64,000 nt of DNA, from contig NC_042997.1 of NCBI RefSeq assembly GCF_006345805.1, positions 60,140,001-60,204,000 of the forward strand, in the 5' to 3' direction. The translations under genes and the position numbers were made by a program. Below are positions 11,785 to 25,791 of the stretch, in pieces. Position 1 is the stretch's first letter, and every line of letters begins with the position of its first letter. Below the pieces are notes generated by a model. The model was not told where the DNA came from, did not search any database, and saw nothing but the letters and a program-made list of their open reading frames with translations. This stretch comes from Octopus sinensis (taxonomy: Eukaryota).

Positions 11785-13690
11785 GTTGTTATTGTTGTTG
11801 TTATTGCTATTGTTGGTAGTGCTGTCTTACTGTGGCAGTTGCTACTGTAATTATTGTTGTTACTGTTGGTATTGTTGTAGCTGTTGTCGTTGCTGCTGTT
11901 GCTGCTGTTGCTGATACTGCTGCTGTTACTGTTGTTGATGCCTTTACTACGGCTGCTTTAGGAATGTCCAGGGCTAGCCCTGACCAAGGAGTCTAATGGT
12001 ATTTATGGTAAAAAGGATGGGTTTGGTCGGGTCTATTTACGCCTCTTGTTGCGGAGCTCGTTTTTTCTAGTTGGATGATTTAATAGTTTTAATGTAGTTG
12101 TCTAGTAGTATTCAGAGAATGTTGAGAGGCTATAAGTGCGAGTTCATCTACGTAGTGCATGCTTCGTAGATACATGGAAAGTTTGTGTAGGTGTAAGATG
12201 AAAAAGTGAGAGAACGAATCTTCCAAATTCTGGGATTGATGTTCTCATACACAAGGTAGGCTTGGCGACTTAACGGGTTAGCTATTATTTTGTGTCATTT
12301 CTTAAGGTAGTGTTGAACGTTTTTTTTTCACTCCGAGTTGATAATAAGAAGTGGAGCTTTGTCAATGTTGATGATAATTAAAATGGTATGTATTGAAGGA
12401 TGTTGCTGCCAAAACCAACGTGTTTTTTTATGCTACATTTTTTAAAGAATGAGGTTGTTTAATGCCAGGTCTGAATTTATGTTGTATTTTGAGAGCAGTG
12501 TGTGCATGTAAGTGGTTCAAAGGGTTATCCGTGCAAGATTTCTCAAGGGTATGTATAGAAGGGAGATGGGTCTGCATTGTGTTATTTGACTCGGGTAGTT
12601 ACTGGGCTTTAGAATCGTGTCGTAATTTCGCCATGTATCTTGGTTACGGGAATTTTACAGTGTCAGTAGGAACAATTGTAGATATTTGTAAGCGTAGTGA
12701 TTCCTTCGAGCCTGGGTATTCATAAATGTCTATTTTATATTTTGTCTAGTCTAAAGCTATTGAATGTTAAAAATTCTTTTTTCCATTGTGGGTGACTAAT
12801 AGAAGGCGGAAATGAATATCTTGGCGCAAGTGAAAGGTGAATATTTTTGTTTTGTTTTCCATGATTGCTTCTTGGTAGCCTATCTTCCAGACATATTTGA
12901 TCGGAGCGCTTGTTGAATATTGCAAAGTGGATATATTATTTGAGATTGTTATTGTAACATGGTGTGGTGTGACCGTTGTTATTGTTAATGGTCTGCTAAT
13001 TTACTCGAAATAGCATTTCAGTGCTTTGTTTTATGTTTTCTATCGGATTCAATTCTGTACCGTTTCTTTTTTTCTATTGTTTCTTTCTACATATGTGCTT
13101 TTTTTAATTATTTCCTTGTTTAGCCATTTGTTCTTGGGTTACATTGTGCTTATGTGTGATCTTGGTAAATTATGTTTGATTTCATCTCTAGTTTTTATGA
13201 GGTTTCTATTTCTGGTGTATAAGTGGGTTGTAATTTTTTATATTGCTTTATGACATATTGTTTTAGATGTCTTTACAATTATTTTGTCAGTTGTTCTATT
13301 TAGATGGTTGCGATGTTGTTAAATTCTTAAAACATTGATTATATTTTCTTAGATGGAATTCAGTCTATTAAGTTATTTTTTTTCTTTTGAGTTTGTAAAA
13401 GTGTTTTGCTTCCCTCATTGAAGTGTGTGTGTATGTGTGTGTTGTGATTATAACTGATAGGAATTTAAGGGAATTGCTTGTTACATGGTTATGGTAGCTA
13501 GATGTGTGAAGGAAAGGGGATGTCTGAAGAAGAGGTGTTTTAGATGGCTTGGGGATTGTTTAGGATATAAAGAAGGTTTAGCTGTGCTGATATGTTACCT
13601 GTTTTGTTATCTATACTATTTGAAAACCAGGAATTGTTGACTATATTTAGGAATATTTCGATGACAATGCTCAAGAGAGCGTCAAATTGG
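11785..13690 (-). mobile_element. Degraded Jockey/I-like LINE with (CAA/CAG)n tail
   Basis: QCRPISLL near 12560-12585, IINIDKA near 12360-12385; similar to the plus-strand relic at 43180-44150; boundaries approximate. Confidence 0.55.
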
Positions 13691-13725
13691 GTGTGCATAC
13701 ACACGCACACACATACATGCATCTG

Positions 13726-13846
<121 letters not shown>

Positions 13847-14790
13847 GCATACATATGTGGGTATGTTTATATTAAAGTACTTTGAGTTGTTGGATTTTAG
13901 TTTGAAAACTTACATTTCTAATGTAATGTCGTTTACAATTTTTTTAAGAATGACGTTTGTGATATCTGCATAATGAATGTAAGTTTTTTTTATATATCAC
14001 AGGTCCTCTGTCAATTCTATTCCCTGCTTCACTGCATCTTTTCTTCATATGGGCGATCACATCCGCTATGCAGGCAGTCTTGGCACTGGTTGGTTGGGTT
14101 GATCCATAATGCATAAACAAACCCCTGTGGGCAGCTACCTTGTGGAAATGTGTGCTAACGAATCCATCCTCAGTAATTGAAAAAGCAGCAAAGAGAGGGA
14201 GGAAGAGAGAGGGGGAGGGAGAGAGAAAAACAAAAAAGAGAAAGCGAGACAGACAGATTGACAGAGTGACTGACAAATATGGAGAACCAGTGTCATGGTG
14301 TTCGTATTCAAAATCTATGATCGTCTACGTTGCTGTATATGCCATATGCCGTATCTTGTCTACAAACCCACGTCAGGGAATAGGCATAATGATGTCATCC
14401 ACTTGTCTTATAAGCTAGAATTACATACTTATAAATAAGATCAAATCTAGAAATTCAGAAACTGAAATTTTGGAAAAAGTTTGATATTTAAATTCTTCAA
14501 AAATCCGTTTTAGCTGACACTTTAAATTTCACCCGGTTACTTATTCTACAAACTGATTAAATAAGTAGTCAAGTGACTCAGTGTGTCAGTCGAAACGAAT
14601 ATTATAATAAAATCTTACTCTACTTACAGTATTATGTCTCCTTATTAGTAAATAATTCATAGTTATTCTTAAAATTGTGTGAAATAACCGCATATAATCG
14701 TCATATATAAAGTTCGCCTTTTTACGTTTTTCTATTATTTTGTTCAATATTATGAGAAAAGTCCAGTTTTCAACAGGTATGATTGTCTAA

Positions 14791-14858
<68 letters not shown>

Positions 14859-14925
14859 GTGTGCGTGTATATATATGTGTGTGTGTGCGCATCCGTGCGC
14901 GGTGTGCGTGCGTGTATTATATATA

Positions 14926-14966
<41 letters not shown>

Positions 14967-15196
14967 GGAAAATAGGACAAGGTAGAAAATGCTAAAATAA
15001 TTTTACCATGAACAACATGTCAGTACCGGTTCCAGTCTTTGCCACTTTTTCAATTGTGGAAAAATTAAATGAATTTTTAAAAAAATATTTCCATAGTTTT
15101 CAAATACATGGAACATTTTTCTTTTTTCTGTCACTCTCCCTTTTATTTTTGTAAAGCCTCGGTAAGCGGGTAGTAACAGATCTGAAGAACTATTTA

Positions 15197-15360
<164 letters not shown>

Positions 15361-16270
15361 GTTAGACCAAGTCGTTCCTGAATGAGTAGATATTTTACCA
15401 AATGTATTCCATTTGTGACGATTCCATAGGTGTTCTCTGCCGTCGGATGTATCTAGAACTATTTTATCCAATGAGTTCTCGTTTTTCAACTCTGTGCAAC
15501 GAAGGAGAGTTGACTGCTATTTTTAACAAGTTCTCCTTGCAAGAAATGCTCCTCTAACTATCGCAGCTTTCGTAACCAAAATTTGTGTCGTTGGTGTGAT
15601 GCTAATACTTTTGTGAAATTTCAATTCAGAACAGAAAGTACCAAAAGGAATCTCATGAGACGTTCTATACCTTCCGCCAATTCAACGACGTCGACTGTCA
15701 TTTTATTTGTCGAACCTGTGAGAATAAACGGTAATATTGACCGCGGTATGATTAGAACTCAGTGTGTAGAGAGCTGGAATAAATCTTGCCAAATAGCTTA
15801 ACCGACGTTCTTACAACTCAGCCAGGTCTTATGCCCGTTAGTATGGAAGGACAAATTAAATAGGGGGTTTATTTTTTTTCAATGAAAATGCTGCTAAAAT
15901 TATCTTGCTGGGATTAAAACAAAACAGCATATGTGGCATCTGGAAGGAATGACGTAAACTATCTATATAAAGAGAAGGCAAGTAAAGAAAAAAAAATGCT
16001 AGCTAAACAGTCTTCATAAAAAGAGATGGCTGGCGAAGAAATGAAATCATTTCCAACTGTCTGTCAAATTCTTCAGAGTGAAAATATTCTCATTAATTTC
16101 TGAACGTTAATCTCAACATACATACGTACATACACACATACATACATTCATACATACATGCATAATGTATGTATGTATATATATATATATATATACACGC
16201 ACACACGTATGTATATATACACACACATGCACACACACACATACGCACACGCACGCACGCACACACACAC

Positions 16271-16319
<49 letters not shown>

Positions 16320-16337
16320 ATATATATATATATATAT

Positions 16338-16383
<46 letters not shown>

Positions 16384-16388
<5 letters not shown>

Positions 16389-16500
16389 AACAGTAATTTA
16401 GCAGAACATATTAAGCAACAGTAATAATAAATTAAAAAACATAAAAATGAACAAGATTTCGACGGTTTTATAGATATTTCCATTATTTTGTCCAGCCCTG
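16384..16500 (-). repeat. Inverted duplicate of the Tc1 left end
   Basis: Near-perfect reverse complement of 16525-16642. Confidence 0.9.
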
Positions 16501-16524
16501 CATATATATATATATATATATATA

Positions 16525-17497
16525 CAGGGCTGGACAAAATAATGAAAATATCTATAAAACCGTCGAAATCTTGTTCATTTTTATGTTTTTTAATTTATTA
16601 TTACTGTTGCTTAATATGTTCTGCTAAAATTACTGTTACTTTTTAGATATCATCAGAAAAAGTTAATTAAAATTCATTAAAATGAGAGATCTATCGGACT
16701 TTCAAAGAAATCAAATTGTTGTTGCTCGCATGGCAGGGGCTAGCGTAACGAAAACAGCTGAAATGTTTGGTGTATCAAGAAGTACTGTCTCGAGAGTAAC
16801 GACAGCCTTTGAAAAAGAGAGAAAAACCTCCTCGTCGAAACAAAAGTCCGGAAGAAAACCAAAACATTCAGATAGGAACCGTCGAACTCTTACGCAAATT
16901 GTTAGAAAGGATCACAAATGTACAGCTCCCAAAATTACTGCAGAGCCTTAATGACCACCTTGAGAACCCAGTTTCTACAAAAACTGTTCACCGGGAGCTG
17001 CACAAAGCAGGATTTCATGGGAGGGCTGCAATCAGAAAACCGTTACTTTCAAAAACAAACTTTGCAAAGTATTTAGAGTGGAGTAAAAACCTTCAGAATT
17101 GGTCCCTAGAGCAGTGGGAAAATGTTATTTTCTCGGATGAGTCATCCTTTACCTTATTTCCGACCACCAGTCTAGTATATGTGTGGAGACAGCCAAAAGA
17201 AGCATTTGACGCGTTTAACATCTTATCTGACCACCACAGTCCCCAGATCTCAATATTATCGAACATTTATAGTACATTTTAGGAAAACAAGTAAGGAGTC
17301 GATATCCTCTTCCAGCATCACTACAAGAACTGGAGACTGTTTTAGCTGAATGGACAAAAAATTCCTTTGGAAACAATTCAAACTTTGTACGAGTCGATAC
17401 CTTATTGCTGTAATTAGTGCCAAAGTTGGTCCTACTCCATATTAAAATAAATTTGTTTGAAATTTTAAGGTGTTTCCATTATTTTGTCCAACCCCTG
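16525..17497 (+). mobile_element. Tc1-family DNA transposon, internally deleted, inserted in (TA)n
   Basis: TIRs cagggctggacaaaataatg / cattattttgtccaacccctg with TA flanks; transposase from 16682: HTH, SGRKPK, VIFSDESSF, PPQSPDLNIIEH; region with the second catalytic D is deleted; frameshift near 16950. Confidence 0.95.
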
Positions 17498-17502
17498 TAT
17501 AT

Positions 17503-17553
<51 letters not shown>

Positions 17554-18369
17554 TATGAATATACGATTTATTTATAAATTCGGATATTCACATATGAAAC
17601 TTTTCATATGTGCATACACAGACACGCATGTGCTTTGTATGAATCATTTGTTGGAACGTTAACTAATATAAATATACATGAGGTTTGTGTGTGCGTCCGA
17701 GCGTGTCTGTGTATGTTTGTGCGCGTATGTGTGTATCTGATACTTCCGTATCTTATTTGTGTGTTTGTAGTTCTATATATCCATATAGCTGACCTCACTG
17801 CTTCCCCACACCCACGCCACATGATTAAAAAACGTAGTTGATTGTTAGCGACTACCTTTTTATTTTATCTAACACTTATGATTGATAGCCTCATTAAGCA
17901 TCGCTACTGAATTGTCTAAATATTTTATTTGCTCTTCAAAATGTATGGGTCGTTATAATTATGCATTACGTCAAGTTTACGTCAGATATATTTGGTATTT
18001 TAAGACCGAAATGGAAATCTGTAAATGAAAACTAAAGCTAAGAATAAATTTTTAGAACCTAACGTTTTGGAAGAAGTTTCATTGCTATATTTTCTATACA
18101 AATATTATATAAATATTATATAATTATATAATTTTCGCTGACAGTTCTGTGACTCATAAAAGGATTGCTTAAAAAGTTTCAGCTAACCTTCACAAAATCT
18201 TGTGAAGGTTAATGCAACTTATGAATGTCTGATAGTCAAATTAACGTTTAAATAGCATTCCAGCTTCACCTCAAAATTCTAAGTCCGAATAACAATGACA
18301 ACTTTACATCCTGTTCCTCATTGAGAAATAAATATCGCATTCTTTGACTGTAACCTCCAGGCAACACTC

Positions 18370-18480
18370 TACATTCCAACAACTCTCGGAATTTGATGTC
18401 TGCATCACGTACGCACAAATGCTCCTCTATGATTATCTGCTGTTTCTACCGCTCACCGAACACCTCTAGTCACCAAAAAA
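18370..18480 (+). mobile_element. LINE endonuclease relic
   Basis: IICCFYRSPN motif typical of CR1-type APE domains. Confidence 0.35.
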
Positions 18481-18630
18481 ATTTTTATCTTTCATTTTGT
18501 ATTAGGGGAATCTATCTGCTTTCATTTCTCCCTGAATTTTTAGCGTTCTGCTTGAAAAGACGTCCTAGGCAAAACTAATGTCAGGTTTATCTTTTTTCAG
18601 TCCACTCGCCCTCACACATACACACATGCA

Positions 18631-18666
<36 letters not shown>

Positions 18667-18828
18667 ACGATACACACACACACACACATGCAGACACACA
18701 CACATGCAGACACACACACATGCAGACACACACACATGCAGGCACACACACACACACTCACACAAACGCTCATATACATACGTATACACATACATGCTAA
18801 TACATACAATCATTCATTCATATATGTG

Positions 18829-19175
18829 AAGACACGTGGCTTAGGGATTAGGATATTCGGCTTACGATCCTAAGGTCGCGAGTTCGATTTCCGTGGCACG
18901 CTGTGTCCTTCAGCAAGACGCTTATTTCTCGTTACTCCAAATCATTCAGCTGACAAAAATGATTTGTGCTTGTAATTCAAAGGTGCAGCCTTCTCACTTT
19001 CAGTTAAATCTCCCTGAGAACTGCGTTAAAAGCAACGTAGTTCTCCCTGAAAATTATGTTAAAGACTACGCGTGTCTGTTGTGTGCGCAGGTACTTTCAT
19101 GTTCATTTCACGAGCAGACTGTTCCGTTGATCGAATCAGCTGGAGCACTCGTCGTCGTAACCGACGAGAGCCAGC
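18829..19175 (+). mobile_element. tRNA-SINE family C, full length
   Basis: A-box TGGCTTAGGGATTAG, B-box GAGTTCGATTTCC, tail ctcgtcgtcgtaaccgacg. Confidence 0.85.
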
Positions 19176-19180
19176 CAGCC

Positions 19181-19618
19181 ATAGATAGATAGGTATGTAT
19201 GTATGTATGTATGTATGTATGTATGTATGTATGTATGTATGTATGTATGTATGTATGTATGTATGTATGTATGTATGTATGTATGTATGTATTTATGTAT
19301 GTATATGTATGTATGTATGTATGTATGAATGTATGTATGTATGTATGTATGTATGTATGTATGTATGTATGTATGTATGTATGTATGTATGTATGTATGT
19401 ATGTATGTGTGTAGGTAGGTAGGTAGGTAGATAGTTAGGTAGATAGTTTGGTAGTTAGGTAGTTAGGTAGGAAGCTGTAGGTGGGTGGGTTTTGAAAGGA
19501 TGGATGGATGGATGGATGGATGGATGGATGGATGGACGGACAAATAAAGGAATAGACAGACAGACAGGTAGATAGATAGATAGATAGATAGATAGAAAGA
19601 TACATACATACATACATT

Positions 19619-19701
<83 letters not shown>
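19181..19701. repeat. Compound tetranucleotide tract (TATG)(TAGG)(TGGA)(TAGA)
   Basis: Direct reading. Confidence 0.95.
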
Positions 19702-19702
<1 letters not shown>

Positions 19703-21374
19703 CTAAGCGTGTGTATTTTAATAACAAATTTGAGAATGTTGCCAACGTCGACAGAGTATAAAGTATCTCTTGAACTTGTAACATTTCATCATGCTACTTT
19801 TCGAAAGGTAGGTAAGCACTACTTCTTTGGAGCCATCCTTCGGAATTGCATGTCTTTCGTCAACTAACGCTCACTATGCTCAAAGAAAATTTCAAGGAAA
19901 TAGATACCAGACAATTCGAGTGGTCTTTCATCCACTTAAACTCGGTTCCAACGCTCTGGGACGATTTGAACTTCCACCGAAGATTCCATTGACTTTGTTT
20001 CGATACAGCTTCGACCACTGTCTTTCAAGTACCCGGTCGTGTGCTACTCCATAGTCTGAGCATGTATGTGCGATGATAACTAAAGTTATGCCTCCAAAAT
20101 GAGAAGTCCCTTGGAAACGACCCTTCGAAATATTGCTGTAATTAGCAATGACATGATGTCCCCGATTTCACAGTCAAATTTTGTGGCTTGATTGGCTCCA
20201 ACAGCTCGCAACAGTTTCACCAGGAACAAGAGCAGCCTCCAAGCGGGCGTTCGATTCGTTCGATATACCTACCTAATTAATTTCTCTTAGATTATACATA
20301 TCGTCTTTAACAAAAAAGAATATTTCATTGTATGATGTAGTCCTGGATATACAAAAAGTAAAAAGATACGATGGCTATGATGGAGTGTCTGTTTATCATT
20401 GGTCTGTTTCTTCAAAGCTGCCTTGTGGCTAAATAACACAAACTATTCGATATATACTCTTACAGACAAACACACATAAATATATTATCGTATCTGTGTA
20501 TATATTTATGTATGTGTATATGTGTGTGTGTGTAGTTTATTTTCTATTGTTTTTGTGATATGTGTAACAATCTCTTATCTATTTCAATATACAGAATATA
20601 TGTTTTTTGTCAATCTATTTCATGCGCAATCACTTATGTTTTTTATTTCACTTGGCACAGACAGCTATTATTTCGCAAACCGTCAAAAGCAGCCAACATT
20701 TCTATTTTTGTTTGCATTCTTCTCGCAGTAAACAGCTGTGTCTTAGGAATTTATAGAACGTTTTGTTGTGAAGGTGTCCATGAGAAATATCTGTATTATT
20801 ACTTAAGAGAGAATTAGTTTGTTGATATTGTTTTCATCAATGTTCATGTGTTATTCGTTGTGTGTTACCAGGGAATAGCAGCTTTGACGCCAGTTTATTC
20901 AAAAAATGAACTCTCCACTTTATCGAAAACGGCTGCATGCAAACATAGCAATGTAAGGCCTATGTAGGTTTTCAGATGCAGATTTAGTAATGTTACTTCT
21001 GCTGACTCATTATTATTGCAATGTATAGGATGAACTAGAAAATGTAGGATGAAGTACATAAGATATTTGAAACTGAGCTTAATACAATTTCATGAAAATG
21101 CTTCTGTTTAAACAATAAGATACATGAAGGCAGTTGCAATGTAGAAACAGAAACGAACAATAAAATTTACTCTCTTAATTTCCAGGGAAAAGTCATGAAC
21201 ACAATTTCCTTTTTAACCTTTTATTTTTGACAAGGCTGATCATCTATCGAAAAATGCTTATCATTATTAAGTGTGTATCAAATACGTCTATTGCTTCAGT
21301 GCGTAAAATGAACGAATATTAATTCTGTTACTTGAATGTTCTTCAGCTCCAGTTCAACTCTGATACAGTAGACC

Positions 21375-21600
21375 TTTATTCCACGTTGCTTCAGGCCCCT
21401 CTGCTGGCAAAAGTGAGTTGTACCTGTATTTCAAAGGACCAACCTTGTCACATTCTGTGTCACGCTGAATCACCCTAAGAACTACGTTGAGGGTACACGT
21501 GTCTGTTGCGTGCTCAGCCAGTTGCACGTTAATTTCACGAGCAGGTTGTTCCGTTGATTAAATCAACTGGTCTCCTCATCGTTGTAACCGACGAATGGCC
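21375..21600 (+). mobile_element. SINE family C, 5'-truncated
   Basis: gaactacgttgagggtacacgtgtctg...cgttgtaaccgacg shared with 18829-19175. Confidence 0.8.
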
Positions 21601-24600
21601 AGACCTATTATCAAAGTCATTTCCGTTGAGATCATCCCATCTTTTAGCGATACGTAAAACTACATTGCATAATGTATCATATCCTTATTTAAAAGGACAT
21701 AATGCCCTTCGATGGAAATTTGGTTGCTATTTCCTGCAGACCTACTGACCATTTAGAGTATCCTTATCAACTTAATTTAGAAAGGAAAAGCTTGTACTGA
21801 TATGTTGAAGTAATATTTTACCGCAATGTATTCATGAACCAAGTTCGATTCCCAGTCGAAGCTTATTTGACGAGACACACTGCGCTAACAGGGAAAAGCA
21901 TTTAGATCAGATAATCCCTTTCAAACAAATATATAGTTATATGTCCTGTAAGATGACTAGGATTATGGCCAAATATTATGAAATAATGAGAAATTTCAGT
22001 CACCTCACGTCTTTCACATGAGAAAATTATTGGCACAAAAAAAGGTTATCTCTAGCACCTAAAATCTTAGGTTTTATTTCTGTATTTAGAAAAAAAAAAT
22101 TCTCACTGCAATGACAAAGTAGAAACCTTCCCAATATACTTTATTTATCTACACAGAATACTAGATAAAAATTTGAGAATTAAATTCGACATAGATGTAA
22201 GTTCATTACCGAACTGAGAAGGATGAGACTATACACTGTAAATGTATGGTAACGTAAACACTAAGTATGTTGTACAAGTTTTCGCTGTCACTGTTGTGTA
22301 CAGTCGAATACACTAGGAATATATAAATAAATGTCTCTGTAGAAAAAGAACAAGAAAATGGCTAATGGTTAGACTGGTTGTTGGTCCTATTTCCGACAAT
22401 TCAGTGATCACGCACCATCCTTCTACCAAAGAGGGATTGTACATACATACATACATACATACATACATACATACATACATACATACATACATGCATACAT
22501 GCATACATATATAAACACGCACACACAAATATACATAGAGAGAGAAAGAGTGAGAGAGAGAGAAAAACACTCCCATGAAGTGCTTCATTAAAAACAAAAT
22601 TCCAATTTGCGTAAATAGCGCTCAGCTGGCACATAGTCAATTAATTAATTAATTAATTAATTAAATCCTAAGCAGTGCATTTTGCACAACGTACATGTAC
22701 GATAGAGAATATTCTATGTAAGTTCCTTTGCACATTAGTATTTAGTTGATTTAACTGTCTGCGGAGCGCTGTTTATGCAAATCAGATATATTAGTTTAGT
22801 GAATTCCTTGTTAGTTAAGTCATTTTCATTACAATTAAACTTTTTACCAGTCATTCACTCCACCTCAGTCTTCAGCTTTCTGTATCGATCCATAATCGAA
22901 TTAGATATTTGTGTAACTTTTATTCAAGTGTTTCATTGGGCTTGGTAATCTTGATGGCCAGTTTCTTCTCCGGGTTATGGATGCTGTTGGCTTTCAAGGC
23001 AGCCACCTGCGTTTGAAAGACTGCTTTCTAATCTGCTGGTTGCTCGCACATCCTCCTGTCTAGTAAGTCCAGGAGGGAGTCAGTACAGTCGCCGACCACT
23101 CGATGATTTGCAAGTAATTCTGGATTGCACAGTTACATGTAGCAGATTTCTATTATTCTGTGATGAAATTGGTCCTGACCTGATATGCATGATTAGTAAC
23201 AAATGTGTGTGTTTGTGAATGCATGTGTGTATGTGAATGTGTGTATATGTGAGTGTGTGTGTGTGTGTTCGTGTGTGTGTGTGCGTGCGTGCGTGCGTGC
23301 ATGTATATGTGTGTGTGTGTGTGTGCGCTCGCTAGAATAACACTAGCCCCTAAGTTTTTTCTGAAATCTGTAATTCTATTAAAAGCCTGTCTTGAAGTCT
23401 GCAACCTCTCAGATGAGAAATGCCAAAAGTGCAAGGTAATTTTAACTTCTATTTATTCATTTAATGATTATTTTCAAGACATTGTGCCCCGCGTGTACGT
23501 GTACAACAACTGCATGTGATAACGACAAAAATGTACGTGAAATACGTGCTAAAGATAAATGAGTAATATAACGTTATGCGTTGTACCAACACACGATGAA
23601 ATGTCATTAAAATCTGACAGTCTATCGTTTCCAACTTTCCAGTCCAGATTTCTAGGTAATAATTATTTCTAAAATCTTTTAGAAATATTTCTAGATAAGT
23701 CACACCTCCCTTTCCTTCATATCACACAGTAAAGTTTTAAGACAGTGTCTGGAAAGTAAAAACAGTTTGCTTATGGTTAGAGCGCCATTGACTGTAAGAC
23801 TGCTAAACTAGGAACGACCTATGGATAATATACAAATTGTTTAAGAGATATTTAGAGAGATATTATTTTTATTAGCAGATATTTAGTACAATATCTAAGA
23901 GAAGGATGTTCCCATGGGCTTATCATATATCCGATTACTGATTTCTTTCTAAAATTTTCGATACAACCAAATATATTTTGTCATGAAAGTGGTAGCAATT
24001 TAATTCTTCAAAAAAAAAAAAAAGTCAAATATTCAGTGAATTGACATTCATGCAAAAGAATGTCTCATTTCTGTTTCAAGATACGTTTATTACGTTGTGA
24101 CTATGTTAAAATATAATATTTGTGAAATATATTTACTGTTATAAAATGTTCTGTTTTGAAAGCACATTATAAAGACTCAGACTTGCTGAACAAACAAGAC
24201 ACTAGAGTACAGATTTGGTTTTCGATAGCACAATTCAACTTAACTAGAATGAAAATTCCGGTAATTTTGTTAAGTATCAGCACAATTAATCTAGCTGTTT
24301 CTATAGTAACAAGCCAACCAATTAAGTAGCAGCTGTTTTTTGCTTGTTAAATTCAGCAAATTAATATTTGTTTTTATTAAAATTTTTGCTTCGTAAAAGT
24401 ATGTTTGGAACAAAATATTCTGTTCAGTTTGCTTTCTAATCTGCTAAGCCACTTGCAGAATTATGCAATGCTTGAAATCTTTTTACCTTGAGCTGTTTTG
24501 GCGGAACATAGTTTTTTGTTACTCAAACTTAATATACTTACAAAGGATGTAGCAACACTATCTGTCATTAAGTCTGCAACTTGTGTTCTTAAAATAGCAT

Positions 24601-24773
24601 TTCTATTTTTTTATCTACCTATTTCAGCCTGAAACGAAGCTTTGCCGAATCATTTGTTGAATTTTTTATCAACTCAAATAAATCGCTTAATGTGTGTTTC
24701 GTGCCTTCCAAAATTGGTGTAAATATGCACTTTATTTATCTATTTACTAATACTAGACAAATTGATTTTCTAT

Positions 24774-25162
24774 GCAGGAGTGGTTGTGTGGGAAGTAGCT
24801 TGCTTACCAACCACATGGTTCTGGGTTCAGTCCCAATGCCTGGCACCTTGGGCAAGTGTCTTCTACTATATCCTCGGGCCGACCAAAGCCTTGTGAGGGG
24901 ATTTGGGAGACGGTAACTGAAAGACGCCCATCGTATATACGTATACATATATATATGTGTGTGTGTGTATATATATGGTTGTGTGTCTGTGTTTTCCCCC
25001 TCCCCACAACATTGCTTGACAACCGATGCTGGTGTGTTTACGTCCCTGTAATTTACCGGTTCGGCAAAAGAGACCGATAGAATAAGTACTAGGCTTATAA
25101 GATAGAATAAGTACTAGGCCGCAGTCAAATGTCTGAAACAAGTAAAAGAGTAAAAGAGTAAA
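24774..25162 (+). mobile_element. tRNA-SINE family B, full length
   Basis: A-box-like TGGTTGTGTGG, B-box-like GGTTCAGTCCC, tail ctgaaacaagtaaaagag repeats. Confidence 0.88.
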
Positions 25163-25439
25163 TGGAAGAGGCGATGAGCAGGAAAACTCATGACCTTTTC
25201 AATCTCCACTAGATTGGAAGAGAAGAATAACTAGGTGATGTTAATAAAGTTGGTGTCCATTTAACTTCTCGAGCAAAATTGCTGAAAGTGAACCATGTGC
25301 CCCAGAGACGATTATCCCTGCATATCTTTCTCTTTGTATTCCTCTAAATCTAGATAGAGTGTATGAGTAAATAGTACACAATAAGTATGTTTCAATGTTT
25401 TGGTGGTGAAGTATTCCAGGTGTCAACATTCTGTCTTTT

Positions 25440-25622
25440 CAGTTCTATATTTAAGAGATGAGGAATTATGTACATTATTTACATTATTTACAATTGACGG
25501 ATATTTGTCCTCATCTTGTTTGTTATTAACACAACGTTTCGGCTGATATATCCTCCAGCCTTCATCAGGTGTCTTGGGGAGATTTCAAACCTGGATTCTC
25601 ATTCCTAAGGTATTTTTCGATG
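25440..25622 (-). mobile_element. 3' half of a hammerhead-bearing SINE (Penelope-like tail)
   Basis: Contains the ribozyme at 25528-25573; left copy of the 12-bp target duplication ATTCTGTCTTTT at 25428-25439. Confidence 0.75.
25528..25573 (-). ncRNA. Minimal type I hammerhead ribozyme
   Basis: GACAC-CTGATGA-A-GGCTG(loop)CAGCC-GAA-ACGT-T-GTGTT: intact core, 5-bp stem II, stem I GACAC/GTGTT, palindromic ACGT stem III. Confidence 0.8.
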
Positions 25623-25723
25623 TTGTTGTTGTTGTTGTTGTTCTTCTTCTTCTTCTTCTTATTATTATTATTATTATTATTATTCTTCTTCTTCTTCTTC
25701 TTCTTCTTCTTCTTCTTCTTCTT

Positions 25724-25754
<31 letters not shown>

Positions 25755-25760
25755 TTATTA

Positions 25761-25788
<28 letters not shown>
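25620..25788. repeat. Compound triplet tract (GTT)(CTT)(ATT)
   Basis: Direct reading. Confidence 0.95.

Positions 25789-25791
<3 letters not shown>

Noticed and set aside
13975-14160. Possible exon (acceptor-like TATCACAG at about 14002; 110-aa minus-strand ORF)
   Set aside because: No convincing matching donor, plus frames close quickly, no recognisable protein
18184-18211. 12-bp perfect hairpin taaccttcacaa/ttgtgaaggtta
   Set aside because: Isolated and too short for a pre-miRNA; not a terminator in this context
19730-20270. Moderately GC-rich segment, possibly transposon-derived
   Set aside because: No identifiable motif in the frames I translated
23340-24740. Possible decayed DNA transposon
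   Set aside because: No TIRs or transposase motif I can support
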